Shown: positions 20,817 through 30,793, counted from the first letter of the stretch. The stretch is DNA of 64,000 nt from an uncultured Muribaculaceae bacterium (GCA_944321725.1 CALUMI010000008.1:641-64640), one strand, 5' to 3'. The notes: generated by a model not told the origin, from the letters alone. A program made the numbers and translations.

Positions 20817-21305
20817 TTATGGTTGATAAGGCAGGTCTGTGCTGTTTATGAACTCGGACGGAAGTCTGTGCTTCCATTCGTAGGCAAATAGTCTAAGCAG
20901 CTCAAGAAAAATATCGCTTATACGGGTTTCATGTTCATATATGCGTATTACATGTGTGGCGAAATATATGTTGTCAGAATTCTCGGCCAGCACGAGAAAC
21001 GACTGTATTTGTTTTTCCATATATCTCTCATGCTCGAGAAGTGTGTTTAATGCTATCAACGGGCTTCTCCAATTATGTGGGCTGCACGTAAAGCGTTGTA
21101 GAGAAAGAGAGCCTCCGCATTTGAGCAAAATGCGTGAAAGTCTGTAAAACCTTTCCATTTTGATTTTTATTTGCGCGTCAAGCCATGATGCAAACATTGG
21201 CAGCTTTTCTACTTCAAGATAGTTTTGTAGCTCGATGTGCAGGCTTGATGACCAAAGCTCTGTATTCAGCATCTCGTTTGTGGCGGTTTCTGTCAATTTG
21301 TCCAT
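20817..21305 (-). CDS. ferritin-like protein with divergent (apparently degenerate) ferroxidase-site residues
   Basis: ELWSS, FASW, GG, P..W.SPL and LEHER blocks are collinear with bacterial non-haem ferritin. The EExxH position reads KIKMER. Confidence 0.55.
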   Translation of the reverse strand: MDKLTETATNEMLNTELWSSSLHIELQNYLEVEKLPMFASWLDAQIKIKMERFYRLSRILLKCGGSLSLQRFTCSPHNWRSPLIALNTLLEHERYMEKQIQSFLVLAENSDNIYFATHVIRIYEHETRISDIFLELLRLFAYEWKHRLPSEFINSTDLPYQP

Positions 21306-21390
21306 TCGTGTAATTTTTTATGGGTTGCAAGGTTTGATTGTATATATATGGAGATATTTTGTCATTTTCTGACATATTGTCATAGATTTA

Positions 21391-21404
21391 TGATAGTATT
21401 ATCA
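21391..21404. promoter_or_regulatory. Fur-box-like palindrome TGATAGTATTATCA upstream of the ferritin-like gene
   Basis: Inverted TGATA/TATCA arms lie 86 nt upstream of the start at 21305. A second GATA/TATC-rich site lies at 21412-21427. Confidence 0.35.
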
Positions 21405-21566
21405 AAATGCGTTGATATTATCTATCAGGTATACTGTTTGTGTTATAAACAGCACAATAGTTTGTGCAAAGTGATAAATTTGATAAGAAGCATATATGCT
21501 TTTTAATTTCTATATAATTAATGGCTGTGTGTTCCCCTTGAAACAGCATTTAATATAAAAGGTTAA

Positions 21567-21641
21567 GCGTGGGGGACTTTAGTATTGCCTGTTCAGAAGT
21601 ATCCCCATACTTGAAAGCAGCAATACTTAAAGCCCCCACGC
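21567..21641. other. 75-nt near-perfect hairpin (candidate small structured RNA or palindromic element)
   Basis: GCGTGGGGGACTTTAGTATTGC...AAGTAT CCCC ATACTT...GCAATACTTAAAGCCCCCACGC. The arms are complementary apart from a few bulges, and there is no ORF. Confidence 0.3.
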
Positions 21642-21907
21642 CTATTATATCATTATGATCAGAGTATAATTATATATAGCGTGAAACGCTTTGTATTATC
21701 CACTGCTTTCGTTTTCGAAAATTGGGGATTTCCTGAACGTTGGATAATGCTAAACGCTTATTTAGTTCTTTCTTCTTTAAGAACGATGCAAATATAGTGA
21801 AAGTTGCGAGTGATGCAAAAGAATTTTTATAGTTTTATTTACTGTGCGTAAACGTATCTTGATTATTTTTATGTCATCTGTGGTGGAGATGAACCGCATT
21901 AGTCCGG

Positions 21908-21937
21908 AAAAAATAAAAAGCAGACCGGTTGGCCTGC
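21908..21937 (-). terminator. intrinsic terminator downstream of tRNA-Thr
   Basis: On the minus strand, a GCAGGCC AACC GGTCTGC stem (one mismatch) is followed by CTTTTTATTTTTT. Confidence 0.6.
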
Positions 21938-21943
21938 CTTATG

Positions 21944-22016
21944 AGCCTGAAAAGGGACTCGAACCCTTGACCTTTTCGTTACGAATGAAATGCTCTACCG
22001 ACTGAGCTATTCAGGC
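21944..22016 (-). tRNA. tRNA-Thr (anticodon CGT)
   Basis: Hand-folded cloverleaf: acceptor GCCTGAA/TTCAGGC, D arm GCTC-AGTCGGTA-GAGC, anticodon loop TTCGTAA, T arm AAGGG-TTCGAGT-CCCTT. Confidence 0.9.
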
Positions 22017-22035
22017 TTGATGCCGTTAAGCGGCA

Positions 22036-22043
22036 CAAAGGTA
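22036..22043 (-). promoter_or_regulatory. Bacteroidota -7 promoter element upstream of tRNA-Thr
   Basis: The minus strand reads TACCTTTG, 19 nt upstream of the tRNA 5' end. Confidence 0.5.
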
Positions 22044-22070
22044 GGAATAATTTTTTATTCTATACCATTG

Positions 22071-23474
22071 TCAGAAGTCTTTTTTTGAGAAAGTGGCTAT
22101 AATTTTCGCTTTCCCAATATCAATGCGTGCCATAGCCGGTGAAGAAACCATTGGCGTAACTGTCAGCACTTTCTGCTCTGTCGATGTTTGATAGTATGAA
22201 GAGCTCGATGTTTCGAATGTCATATCGACCGGTATAAGGCTGATTGTTTCGTCGTCCCGGTTTGCCTCTTTGTTGTTGTCGATAAATTGTTTTACATATT
22301 CACGAATGTAGAAGGTATATGTTTCTGTAGAGCTGTTGTATTCGGAATATATATAATTAATGCCGTCAGTCACTTTTTTGTTGTTGAAAAAGTCGTCCTT
22401 CTCGTTTGACTTTACGAAGAGCAGATATGGCGGAACACCGATTTTCTTGCCGTTTGTTATCTCATGCGCCGGCACTGTGAATGAAACTTGGTTGAGTACT
22501 GTTTGTCCGCTTTCGCTAAGTTCATAGTACCTGTCAAGTATTTTGCTGATTGGAATATTTATTTTTGCCTCATATCCGGTAGGAGCTTGAACCACCACAT
22601 CGCCTCCTGCTATTAATGATTTAATATTTTCGGAAGGTTCCAGCCTTATGCAGTTGTTGGTTCTTATTTCGGGAGAAACACCATAATATTGTCCTACCTG
22701 ATTTATTATTGTGTCGTTGCCTTCGTCGTTGACTGTCTTTTTCTTATAGTACAGGTTGATTTGTGTCCCTCCTATATTTATTACGCGCCCGTTGCCATAA
22801 CTCGTTGTGGCATATACTCCCGGAAAGAATTTGTTAAATAATTCAGGGTCTTGATACGACGCGGGATTTGTGATGTACTCATTGAAAAAACTGCGGCCCA
22901 ATTCGATTGGCAGTTTTATGTCTACAGCCCGATAGTAGATATATGAGCCGGTAGATGAATTGTATGTGTATAGCGAGTCCGTTTGCCCGAGCATGGTCAT
23001 CGTGTATGTTGTCGAGCCAAGCAGGTCATTCTTGGAATAGTAGCCTGTAGGATCGAAATCACTGTAGAGATCATTGTCTGTCAGGTTTTTGTTTAACCTG
23101 TACACACTTACGCGCATCGGGGTTATTGAGTCGCCCGTATAGCTGCCCATCGATATAAGGAAGTGCATCTTTATCGAGTCTATGTCGTTGACTGTTACAC
23201 CGGCAGTGTCGATTTCGCTCACCGGCATAAATTCTGTCACTATGTCGGATTGCAGAGTTCCATATTCTTCCGCATATAAGCGTCCGAGCAGTTGCGATAT
23301 CGTGCGCGACTTGATTCTTGTGTTTTCAACAGATTCTCCGCTGACGGTAAATGCCGAGTCGACAATAAGGTGAGAATCTGTTTCTATTATTGAATTACCT
23401 ATTAAATTTTCGTCGCATGCCACTGTTGCTGCCGATAGGGCAGCGGAACATAACAGCAGATTGAGAAATTTCAT
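22071..23474 (-). CDS. DUF4270-like lipoprotein
   Basis: ORF 22071..23513 trimmed to MKFLNLLLCSAALSAATVAC (lipobox). Its position downstream of the short glycogen-synthase-like gene matches the usual Bacteroidales arrangement as I recall it. Confidence 0.55.
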   Translation of the reverse strand: MKFLNLLLCSAALSAATVACDENLIGNSIIETDSHLIVDSAFTVSGESVENTRIKSRTISQLLGRLYAEEYGTLQSDIVTEFMPVSEIDTAGVTVNDIDSIKMHFLISMGSYTGDSITPMRVSVYRLNKNLTDNDLYSDFDPTGYYSKNDLLGSTTYTMTMLGQTDSLYTYNSSTGSYIYYRAVDIKLPIELGRSFFNEYITNPASYQDPELFNKFFPGVYATTSYGNGRVINIGGTQINLYYKKKTVNDEGNDTIINQVGQYYGVSPEIRTNNCIRLEPSENIKSLIAGGDVVVQAPTGYEAKINIPISKILDRYYELSESGQTVLNQVSFTVPAHEITNGKKIGVPPYLLFVKSNEKDDFFNNKKVTDGINYIYSEYNSSTETYTFYIREYVKQFIDNNKEANRDDETISLIPVDMTFETSSSSYYQTSTEQKVLTVTPMVSSPAMARIDIGKAKIIATFSKKDF

Positions 23475-23487
23475 TTTATATATGTTT

Positions 23488-24294
23488 TTATAGCGTTTTG
23501 TAAAATTCCGCACATTTGGTTGCTATATCGTCATCTTTGGTAAGAACAAGACTTGGAATTTTTGTTTGTTCTATGAATTTGAGAAGTTCCGGCGCAATTT
23601 CGTCTGTATGGATAACCACCCCGTCGGAATGTGCAAGGGCAAGTTGTGCGAGGCTGTTGAAGTCTACCGGTTTGCCTGCTATTGGTGCAAGATCCTCATC
23701 TGTGAATCCGTCCATTCGGAGTTTCTCCTCAAATCTTTGGTCAAGCAAGCCTTTAAAAGATGAACCGAACAGGGAGTACACTATTTTTGAGCCGCGGAAC
23801 GACGGGTCGTCAGAATAGATTTTCTTTATGTAGAGTGGGGCAAGAGCTGATATCCAACCTTGACAGTGTACTATGTTGGCTTCCCAACGTAATTTTTTAA
23901 CAGTTTCGATGGTTCCTCTTACGAAAAACATGCATCTTTCGTCGTTTAATTCGGGACTCAGATCAGTCTCAAGCCCTTTATCCGGATTCTTTTGGAAATA
24001 ATCGTCGTTGTAGATGAAATATACCTGCATCCTTGCCGGCTGCAGTGTGGCTACTTTTATTATAAGTTGATGGTCGGTATCGTCTATAATCAGATTCATG
24101 CCGGAAAGGCGGATGACTTCATGAAGTTGATTTCTTCTTTCATTGATGCAGCCGTATTTTGGCATGAAAGTTCTCACCTCATATCCCTTTTCTTGCATAC
24201 ATTGGGGCATGTCATGCCCCATGACTGCCATTTCGGATTCCGGTAGATATGGAGTGATTTCCTGACTTATAAATAAAACCTTACCGTTGCTCAT
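23488..24294 (-). CDS. glycogen/starch synthase-like protein (short, N-terminal catalytic-domain type)
   Basis: 268 aa. VLFISQEITPY...E, the FMPKYG block and HCQGW resemble the starch synthase catalytic domain. Confidence 0.65.
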   Translation of the reverse strand: MSNGKVLFISQEITPYLPESEMAVMGHDMPQCMQEKGYEVRTFMPKYGCINERRNQLHEVIRLSGMNLIIDDTDHQLIIKVATLQPARMQVYFIYNDDYFQKNPDKGLETDLSPELNDERCMFFVRGTIETVKKLRWEANIVHCQGWISALAPLYIKKIYSDDPSFRGSKIVYSLFGSSFKGLLDQRFEEKLRMDGFTDEDLAPIAGKPVDFNSLAQLALAHSDGVVIHTDEIAPELLKFIEQTKIPSLVLTKDDDIATKCAEFYKTL

Positions 24295-24509
24295 AACTCA
24301 TTATTATATATGATTTTCTGCAAAGTTACAAAAATTTCTTTTAATATGGAAATTAAAAAGCTCATATTGGCGGCAAAAAGGAAGTAGGCGGCGGAAATGC
24401 CGATTACTGCAGGTTTGCTGTGGTGAATGTGACAGTTTGTGAAAAACTAAATTTGAACGTTGTGTATTTCGCTATTTGATAAATATTTATTTCCTTTGCA
24501 CCGTTTTAT

Positions 24510-25364
24510 TTGACAATTATGAGAATCGTTAAAACAATTCCTGAGTTAAAGTCCTTTATTTCAGAATGTAAAGGTGAGGGAAAAACCATAGGTCTTGTCC
24601 CTACCATGGGGGCGCTTCACAATGGGCATCTTTCGTTGGTGGAGCGTGCAAGAAAAGACAACGACATTGTCGTTGTAAGTGTATTTGTCAATCCTACACA
24701 ATTCAACAACAAGGAGGATTTGCGCACATATCCGCGCACTGAGAAACGCGATTGTGAGTTGCTTGAAAGCGCGGGTTGTGATGTGGCCTTTATTCCGTCG
24801 GTTGAGGAAATCTATCCCGAGCCCGACACGCGTGTGTTCGACTTGGGTAAAGTCGCAGAGGTGATGGAAGGCAAGCACCGTCCTGGCCATTTCAACGGAG
24901 TGGCTCAGATTGTCAGCAAGTTGTTTGCCATTGTTGAGCCTTACAGGGCTTATTTCGGAGAAAAGGATTTTCAGCAGATAGCTGTTATCCGCCGTATGGT
25001 TGAGCTGGAAGGTTTCGATCTTGAGGTTGTGGCTTGCCCGATAGTTCGTGAGGCCGACGGGTTGGCTTTAAGCAGTCGCAACGTGCGCCTTACGGAGGAG
25101 CAGCGTGCTGTTGCTCCAAATATAGCCAAGACGCTGATGGAAAGTCTGAATTTTGCAAAATCGCATACGGTTGCCGACACTGTGAAATTCGTTGTTGACA
25201 AAATAAACAGTTATCCGGATTTGGAGGTGGAGTACTATGAGATAGTCAACGGCCATGACATGCAGGCAATCGGTGACTGGGGCGATTCGGATTATGTTGT
25301 CGGTTGTGTCACTGTCTATTGCGGCGACGTAAGACTTATTGATAATATTGCGTATAAAAAATAA
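24510..25364 (+). CDS. panC: pantoate-beta-alanine ligase
   Basis: [27 protein letters not shown] and FGEKDFQQ motifs. The start could instead be the ATG at 24519. Confidence 0.9.
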   Translation: MTIMRIVKTIPELKSFISECKGEGKTIGLVPTMGALHNGHLSLVERARKDNDIVVVSVFVNPTQFNNKEDLRTYPRTEKRDCELLESAGCDVAFIPSVEEIYPEPDTRVFDLGKVAEVMEGKHRPGHFNGVAQIVSKLFAIVEPYRAYFGEKDFQQIAVIRRMVELEGFDLEVVACPIVREADGLALSSRNVRLTEEQRAVAPNIAKTLMESLNFAKSHTVADTVKFVVDKINSYPDLEVEYYEIVNGHDMQAIGDWGDSDYVVGCVTVYCGDVRLIDNIAYKK

Positions 25365-25371
25365 ACAGGCG

Positions 25372-25725
25372 ATGCAGATTGAAGTATTGAAGTCGAAAAT
25401 CCACCGTGCTACGGTTACGGCTGCCGATTTGAATTATATAGGAAGCATCACTATCGATGAGGACTTGATGGATGCCGCCGGCATAATTGCCAACGAGCGT
25501 GTTTATATCGTGGACAATAATAACGGCGAGCGTATCGACACTTATGTGATACCCGGAAAGCGAGGAGCGGGAGATATTTGTCTTAACGGGGCTGCAGCTC
25601 GTAAAGTCTACCCGGGAGATGTGGTGATAATTATGTCGTATGCTCTCATGGACAGTGATGAGGCTAAGACGTTTAAGCCTAAAGTTGTTTTTCCGGAGCC
25701 GGGGACTAACAGGCTTGTGAAATAG
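25372..25725 (+). CDS. panD: aspartate 1-decarboxylase
   Basis: ORF 25339.. trimmed to [32 protein letters not shown]. The GS self-processing site is present. Confidence 0.9.
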   Translation: MQIEVLKSKIHRATVTAADLNYIGSITIDEDLMDAAGIIANERVYIVDNNNGERIDTYVIPGKRGAGDICLNGAAARKVYPGDVVIIMSYALMDSDEAKTFKPKVVFPEPGTNRLVK

Positions 25726-25754
25726 TAAAAAAACGAAAAAAGAGTATATATCAG

Positions 25755-27080
25755 ATGTTTGAGAATTTAAGTGAAAGACTTGAGCGTTCATTTAAGCTGC
25801 TGAAAGGGCAGGGGAAGATTACGGAAATCAATGTTGCGGAAACATTGAAAGATGTGCGCCGCGCATTGCTTGATGCCGATGTCAATTATAATGTAGCCAA
25901 GCAGTTTACCGATACAGTAAAGCAGAAAGCGTTGGGACAGAACGTGATAACGTCTGTCAAGCCGGGCGAGTTGATGGTGAAAATCGTGCATGACGAGCTC
26001 GCTCTCCTTATGGGAGGAGAAACGGCCGATGTCAATCTGTCTGCCAATCCTTCTGTCATTTTGATGTCGGGTTTGCAGGGGTCAGGTAAGACCACATTTT
26101 CAGGTAAATTGGCGAAGAAATATAAAAGCGAAAAGGGCAAACGTCCGCTGCTTGTGGCTTGCGACGTTTATCGTCCAGCCGCCATTGAGCAGTTGAAAGT
26201 GCTTGGAGAGCAAATCAATGTGCCTGTATATACCGAGCCGGATTCCAAAAATCCTGTTGAAATAGCGTTGAATGCCATTAAATATGCCAAATCGCAAAAC
26301 AATGATTTGGTAATCGTCGATACCGCCGGACGTCTTGCAGTCGATGAGGAGATGATGAATGAGATTGAGGCAATCAAAAATGCCATAAATCCGCAGGAAA
26401 CATTGTTTGTCGTCGACTCGATGACAGGTCAGGATGCTGTCAATACGGCTCGCGAGTTTAATGAGCGTTTGGATTTCGATGGAGTGGTTCTCACGAAACT
26501 TGATGGTGACACGCGTGGTGGAGCCGCTCTTTCTATTCGCACGGTTGTCAATAAGCCTATTAAGTTTGTCGGTACGGGTGAGAAACTTGAGGCAATCGAT
26601 TTGTTTCATCCGGCGCGTATGGCCGACCGCATACTTGGTATGGGCGATATCGTTTCTTTGGTTGAGCGTGCGCAACAGCAGTACGACGAGGAAGAGGCAC
26701 GCCGTTTGCAGAAGAAAATAGCCAAAAATCAATTTGATTTCAATGATTTTCTTGCTCAAATAGGCCAGATTAAAAAAATGGGCAATCTGAAAGACCTTGC
26801 ATCGATGATTCCGGGTGTCGGAAAAGCGATAAAAGACATTGATATCGACGACGACGCTTTCAAGGGCATAGAGGCCATAATCCATTCCATGACTCCTGAA
26901 GAACGCCGTAATCCGGAAATAATCACCGGCAGCCGCCGTCAGCGCATAGCAAAGGGCAGTGGCACGACGGTGCAGGAAGTCAATCGCTTGCTGAAACAGT
27001 TTGACAGCACACGTAAGATGATGAAGATGGCGTCATCATTTAAACCGGGCAAAATGATGCGCGGCATGCGCCGCCGTTGA
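25755..27080 (+). CDS. ffh: signal recognition particle protein Ffh
   Basis: NG domain (GLQGSGKTT, DTAGR, TKLDGD) plus a Met-rich M domain. Confidence 0.95.
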   Translation: MFENLSERLERSFKLLKGQGKITEINVAETLKDVRRALLDADVNYNVAKQFTDTVKQKALGQNVITSVKPGELMVKIVHDELALLMGGETADVNLSANPSVILMSGLQGSGKTTFSGKLAKKYKSEKGKRPLLVACDVYRPAAIEQLKVLGEQINVPVYTEPDSKNPVEIALNAIKYAKSQNNDLVIVDTAGRLAVDEEMMNEIEAIKNAINPQETLFVVDSMTGQDAVNTAREFNERLDFDGVVLTKLDGDTRGGAALSIRTVVNKPIKFVGTGEKLEAIDLFHPARMADRILGMGDIVSLVERAQQQYDEEEARRLQKKIAKNQFDFNDFLAQIGQIKKMGNLKDLASMIPGVGKAIKDIDIDDDAFKGIEAIIHSMTPEERRNPEIITGSRRQRIAKGSGTTVQEVNRLLKQFDSTRKMMKMASSFKPGKMMRGMRRR

Positions 27081-27129
27081 TTCGCGTGTGGAAAGGTATG
27101 ATTTATAACATTGCGGAAATATTTGATTT

Positions 27130-28011
27130 ATGGAACTGATAGACGGAAAGAAAATAGCTGACGCTATTAAGCAGGAAATTGCGGCGGAGGTGGCGCAAAT
27201 GGTTGCCGCCGGCGGAAAAAAGCCGCACTTGGCAGCGGTGTTGGTAGGTCACGACGGAGGAAGTGAAACATATGTGGCTCATAAAGTCAAGGCTTGTGAG
27301 CAGTGTGGTTTCAACTCTACTGTGGTGCGCTTTGAGGACAATGTGACGGAGGAAGAGCTGCTTGCTACAATAGAAAAACTCAATAACGATACGGATATCG
27401 ACGGTTTTATAGTGCAGTTGCCGCTCCCAAAACATATAGATGAGCAGAAAATTATAGAAGCTATCGACTATCGCAAGGATGTTGACGGATTTCACCCTGT
27501 AAATGTGGGGCGCATGTCGATAGGACTTCCATGTTTCGTTTCTGCCACTCCGCAAGGCATAATGGAGTTGCTTAAACGTTATGAAATCAATACGAAAGGA
27601 GCTGATTGCGTGGTTTTGGGGCGCAGCAATATCGTTGGAAAGCCTGTGGCTTCGTTGATGATGCAAAAAGCCATGCCGGGCGATGCAACTGTGACTGTGT
27701 GCCACAGCCGCACTAAAGATATTAAGGAATATTGCCGTCGTGCAGACATTATAATAGCGGCTCTTGGTTCTCCGGGATTTGTCACGGAGGATATGGTGAA
27801 AGACGGTGTCGTTATCATCGATGTTGGCACAACGCGTGTCCCGTCGAAAGAAACAAAGAGCGGCTTCCGGCTGAAAGGCGATGTGGATTTTGAGCATGTG
27901 GCTCCTAAATGCTCTTATATCACTCCGGTGCCGGGTGGAGTAGGGCCGATGACCATAGTTTCATTGATGAAAAACACTCTTCTCGCGGCGCAGCATAAGA
28001 TTTATAAATAA
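27130..28011 (+). CDS. folD: bifunctional methylenetetrahydrofolate dehydrogenase/cyclohydrolase
   Basis: [31 protein letters not shown] and [10 protein letters not shown]. Confidence 0.95.
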   Translation: MELIDGKKIADAIKQEIAAEVAQMVAAGGKKPHLAAVLVGHDGGSETYVAHKVKACEQCGFNSTVVRFEDNVTEEELLATIEKLNNDTDIDGFIVQLPLPKHIDEQKIIEAIDYRKDVDGFHPVNVGRMSIGLPCFVSATPQGIMELLKRYEINTKGADCVVLGRSNIVGKPVASLMMQKAMPGDATVTVCHSRTKDIKEYCRRADIIIAALGSPGFVTEDMVKDGVVIIDVGTTRVPSKETKSGFRLKGDVDFEHVAPKCSYITPVPGGVGPMTIVSLMKNTLLAAQHKIYK

Positions 28012-28023
28012 ACGACAGCGACG

Positions 28024-29145
28024 ATGCACACTTTGTTCTGCCTGTTATCGCTACTGCAATATCTTACGGCGGCCAACGATGTTACGTTGGTTTTTGCCGG
28101 CGACGCGATGCAGCATGACAGGCAGATTCTCGCTGCACAGCGTGACGATGGAGAATATGATTATTCTGGATGTTTCGACAATGTGGCTGATTATATCGCG
28201 AGTGCCGACTATGCCGTCGTAAATCTTGAATGCTCGCTTGGTGGGAAGCCCTACACGGGCTATCCGTGCTTCAGTGCCCCCGACGACTTTGCGGAAGCTC
28301 TGAAAAATGCCGGATTCGATTTGTTTCTCCATGCCAATAATCATTGTCTTGACCGTCGGGATGCCGGACTGTTGAGGACACTTGATGTGCTCGACACTAA
28401 AGGTATTGCCCATACAGGCACGTATAGAAACCAATCCGAGCGTGATTCTGTCGCTCCCTATATGGCTGTGGTCAAGGGTCTGAAAATTGCTTTTCTCAAT
28501 TACACATACGGCACAAACGGAATAGTTGTGCAGAAAGATGTGGTGGTTGACTATATCGACAAGGCTAAAATACGCGCTGATATTCGTAGGGCGAGAGAGC
28601 GTGGCGCGGAATTGATTGTAGCGTGTATGCATTGGGGCGTGGAATATAAGTTGCTGCCTAACAAAGAGCAGGAACAGCTTGCCGGCTTTTTGGAAGAAGA
28701 GGGTGTCGATTTAATTATAGGCGGTCATCCGCATGTGGTGCAGCCAATGACGCTGCACCACAATGCCCGGCATGGCAAGAAAGTGCTGACAGCGTATTCT
28801 TTGGGAAATTTTATATCAGCAATGCGTACTGCCGACACACGGGGAGGGGTGGTGCTGCGTGTAATTGTCGGGCGAAGTGAAGGCAAGCCTTACATAAAAG
28901 ACGCTGATTACAGATTGGTATTTGTGAACCCTCCATCTTCAGGCAATGATAATTTCCGGCTTGTGACAAAAAAAGAAAGAGGAATGTTGGATTTGTCAGC
29001 CCGACAGCTTTTCGACTCGTTCATGGATGGAGCGGAAAATATATTTATGAGATATAACATTGGTGTAATGCCGGAAACTGAGATTGATGTGTTGAGAGCT
29101 GACAGGGTAATTAATGAGTATGATGCTGCGGAATTGATGCAATGA
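28024..29145 (+). CDS. CapA-family (PGA_cap) metallophosphatase-like protein
   Basis: FAGDAMQHD, ANNHCLD, MHWGVEY and GGHPHVVQ blocks. Confidence 0.75.
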   Translation: MHTLFCLLSLLQYLTAANDVTLVFAGDAMQHDRQILAAQRDDGEYDYSGCFDNVADYIASADYAVVNLECSLGGKPYTGYPCFSAPDDFAEALKNAGFDLFLHANNHCLDRRDAGLLRTLDVLDTKGIAHTGTYRNQSERDSVAPYMAVVKGLKIAFLNYTYGTNGIVVQKDVVVDYIDKAKIRADIRRARERGAELIVACMHWGVEYKLLPNKEQEQLAGFLEEEGVDLIIGGHPHVVQPMTLHHNARHGKKVLTAYSLGNFISAMRTADTRGGVVLRVIVGRSEGKPYIKDADYRLVFVNPPSSGNDNFRLVTKKERGMLDLSARQLFDSFMDGAENIFMRYNIGVMPETEIDVLRADRVINEYDAAELMQ

Positions 29146-29235
29146 TTACCGAAAAAGTGGTGGCCGAAAAGAGTATGAGATATAAAAATGTTGATAAAAA
29201 ATTGAAATCCGCTTGCTCAATTCAGAAAAACTGTA

Positions 29236-29243
29236 TATCTTTG
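29236..29243 (+). promoter_or_regulatory. Bacteroidota -7 promoter element upstream of tRNA-His
   Basis: TATCTTTG lies 18 nt upstream of the tRNA. Confidence 0.5.
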
Positions 29244-29260
29244 CACCCGTAAATACAGAT

Positions 29261-29335
29261 GGTGAGGGTAGCTCAGTTGGTTAGAGCATCGGATTGTGGT
29301 TCCGAGGGTCGAGGGTTCGAGCCCCTTTCTTCACC
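29261..29335 (+). tRNA. tRNA-His (anticodon GTG) with encoded G-1
   Basis: Hand-folded. An extra 5' G can pair with discriminator C. Acceptor GTGAGGG/TCTTCAC, anticodon loop TTGTGGT, T loop TTCGAGC. Confidence 0.9.
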
Positions 29336-29340
29336 CTAAA

Positions 29341-29371
29341 GGCAGGATTAAGTTGATTTCCTGCCTTTTTT
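29341..29371 (+). terminator. intrinsic terminator after tRNA-His
   Basis: GGCAGGA ... TCCTGCC stem followed by TTTTTTG. Confidence 0.75.
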
Positions 29372-29542
29372 GTGTTTTACATGTTGCATATTTTTTATCG
29401 AGAGAGGCTTGTTATTAATTATTTGATTGCAAAAATGGTTAAGATTTACAAAAACAGCAATCAATATGTCGTTTTTTCGTATTTTTGTGTACTTGTTGAT
29501 AAATCATATATGATAAGACATTAAAGAGAAACAGACTTTTAT

Positions 29543-29752
29543 ATGGAGAATAACGAGAATAAAACGCCACATATCATGAGAATTTTATTTGGTATATTGA
29601 TGGTTCTTATATATTTGGGTATGGGTGTACTGATGCTGCTCAATTTTTTCAATTGGAGTGAGCCGGCTTTATACTATCCTATAGGCGTTCTTTTGGTGGT
29701 ATATGGGATATATAGAGGCTATCGCCAATATAAAGGTCTTGATTATAATTAA
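29543..29752 (+). CDS. small two-TM membrane protein
   Basis: 69 aa with two hydrophobic helices. It ends 12 nt before the next gene. Confidence 0.35.
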   Translation: MENNENKTPHIMRILFGILMVLIYLGMGVLMLLNFFNWSEPALYYPIGVLLVVYGIYRGYRQYKGLDYN

Positions 29753-29764
29753 AAATATACAATT

Positions 29765-30766
29765 ATGCGTTGTAGATTGTCAATGTTTTTAATGATTGCG
29801 GCAGCGGTTGCGCTGACAGCCGTTTCTTGCGACCGCAATAAGCCGACCGATTCAAGTACAAGCGGGTTGGCGTCGCTTGTTTGTGATGAAAGTTTTGAGA
29901 ATATATTGAATCAGGAAGTCGATGTGTTTGAATACAGCTATCCGAACGCGAATATCATTCCTTATTATGCAAGTGAGAGCGCAGCTGTAGATTCTTTATT
30001 GCAGTTGAAAACGAGCATGATAATCGTTCCGCGTGAACTGACTGCCGAGCAAGTGGAATATCTGAACAGCAAAAAGAAGAATGTCAAAAGCAGAAAAATC
30101 GCTGTCGACGCCATTGCCATAATCGCAAATAATGAAAATCCGATAGAGGAGCTTTCCATTGAAGAGCTTAAGAATATATTAATCGGAAAATATACCGATT
30201 GGAACGACATATCTCCTAATAAATCGGGAGAAATTATGATTGTGTTTGACAATCAAGGTTCCAGCACTGTCAAATATATGCGTGATTCTGTCACGGGCGG
30301 GCAGCTTTTCGGTAAAAATGTCTACGCGCAAAATAGCAATAAAGAAGTGTTTGAGGTGGTTAAACGCAAGAAGAACGCGTTGGGGATAATCGGAGTGACT
30401 TGGCTTAATGCGGATCTTGACGGAGGCACGGCAAACGGAGTGGATATCAAGTCGAAAGTGGAGAAATTGGAAAGAAACGACACTACGGAGCTTGCCAGCG
30501 AATACAACAACAATTTTGCCAAAGATTTGAAAGTCGTGGCAATCAGGCGCAATGATAATCCGATTGCCTACAAACCTTATCAATATTACATATATACCGG
30601 CGATTATCCGTTCTACAGAAGTGTGTATGTGATTTCTACCGCTCCGGGCGGCAGTCTTGCCAACGGTTTTTATTCATTTCTTACGGGAGTAATAAGCCAA
30701 AAGATAATATTGGGTACGGGAATCTTGCCGGCTATGATGCCGCAACGCAATGTATCGCTTGAATAA
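29765..30766 (+). CDS. PstS-family (PBP-like) substrate-binding lipoprotein
   Basis: Signal peptide plus Cys (AVSC), and periplasmic-binding-protein-like architecture resembling Bacteroidota PstS-like proteins. Confidence 0.55.
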   Translation: MRCRLSMFLMIAAAVALTAVSCDRNKPTDSSTSGLASLVCDESFENILNQEVDVFEYSYPNANIIPYYASESAAVDSLLQLKTSMIIVPRELTAEQVEYLNSKKKNVKSRKIAVDAIAIIANNENPIEELSIEELKNILIGKYTDWNDISPNKSGEIMIVFDNQGSSTVKYMRDSVTGGQLFGKNVYAQNSNKEVFEVVKRKKNALGIIGVTWLNADLDGGTANGVDIKSKVEKLERNDTTELASEYNNNFAKDLKVVAIRRNDNPIAYKPYQYYIYTGDYPFYRSVYVISTAPGGSLANGFYSFLTGVISQKIILGTGILPAMMPQRNVSLE

Positions 30767-30793
30767 TAACTAAAACAAATAAAACAGTAAAAA

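Noticed and set aside
26100-26885. 261-aa minus-strand ORF
   Set aside because: It is antisense to ffh and is a shadow ORF.
27103-27897. 264-aa minus-strand ORF
   Set aside because: It is antisense to folD and is a shadow ORF.
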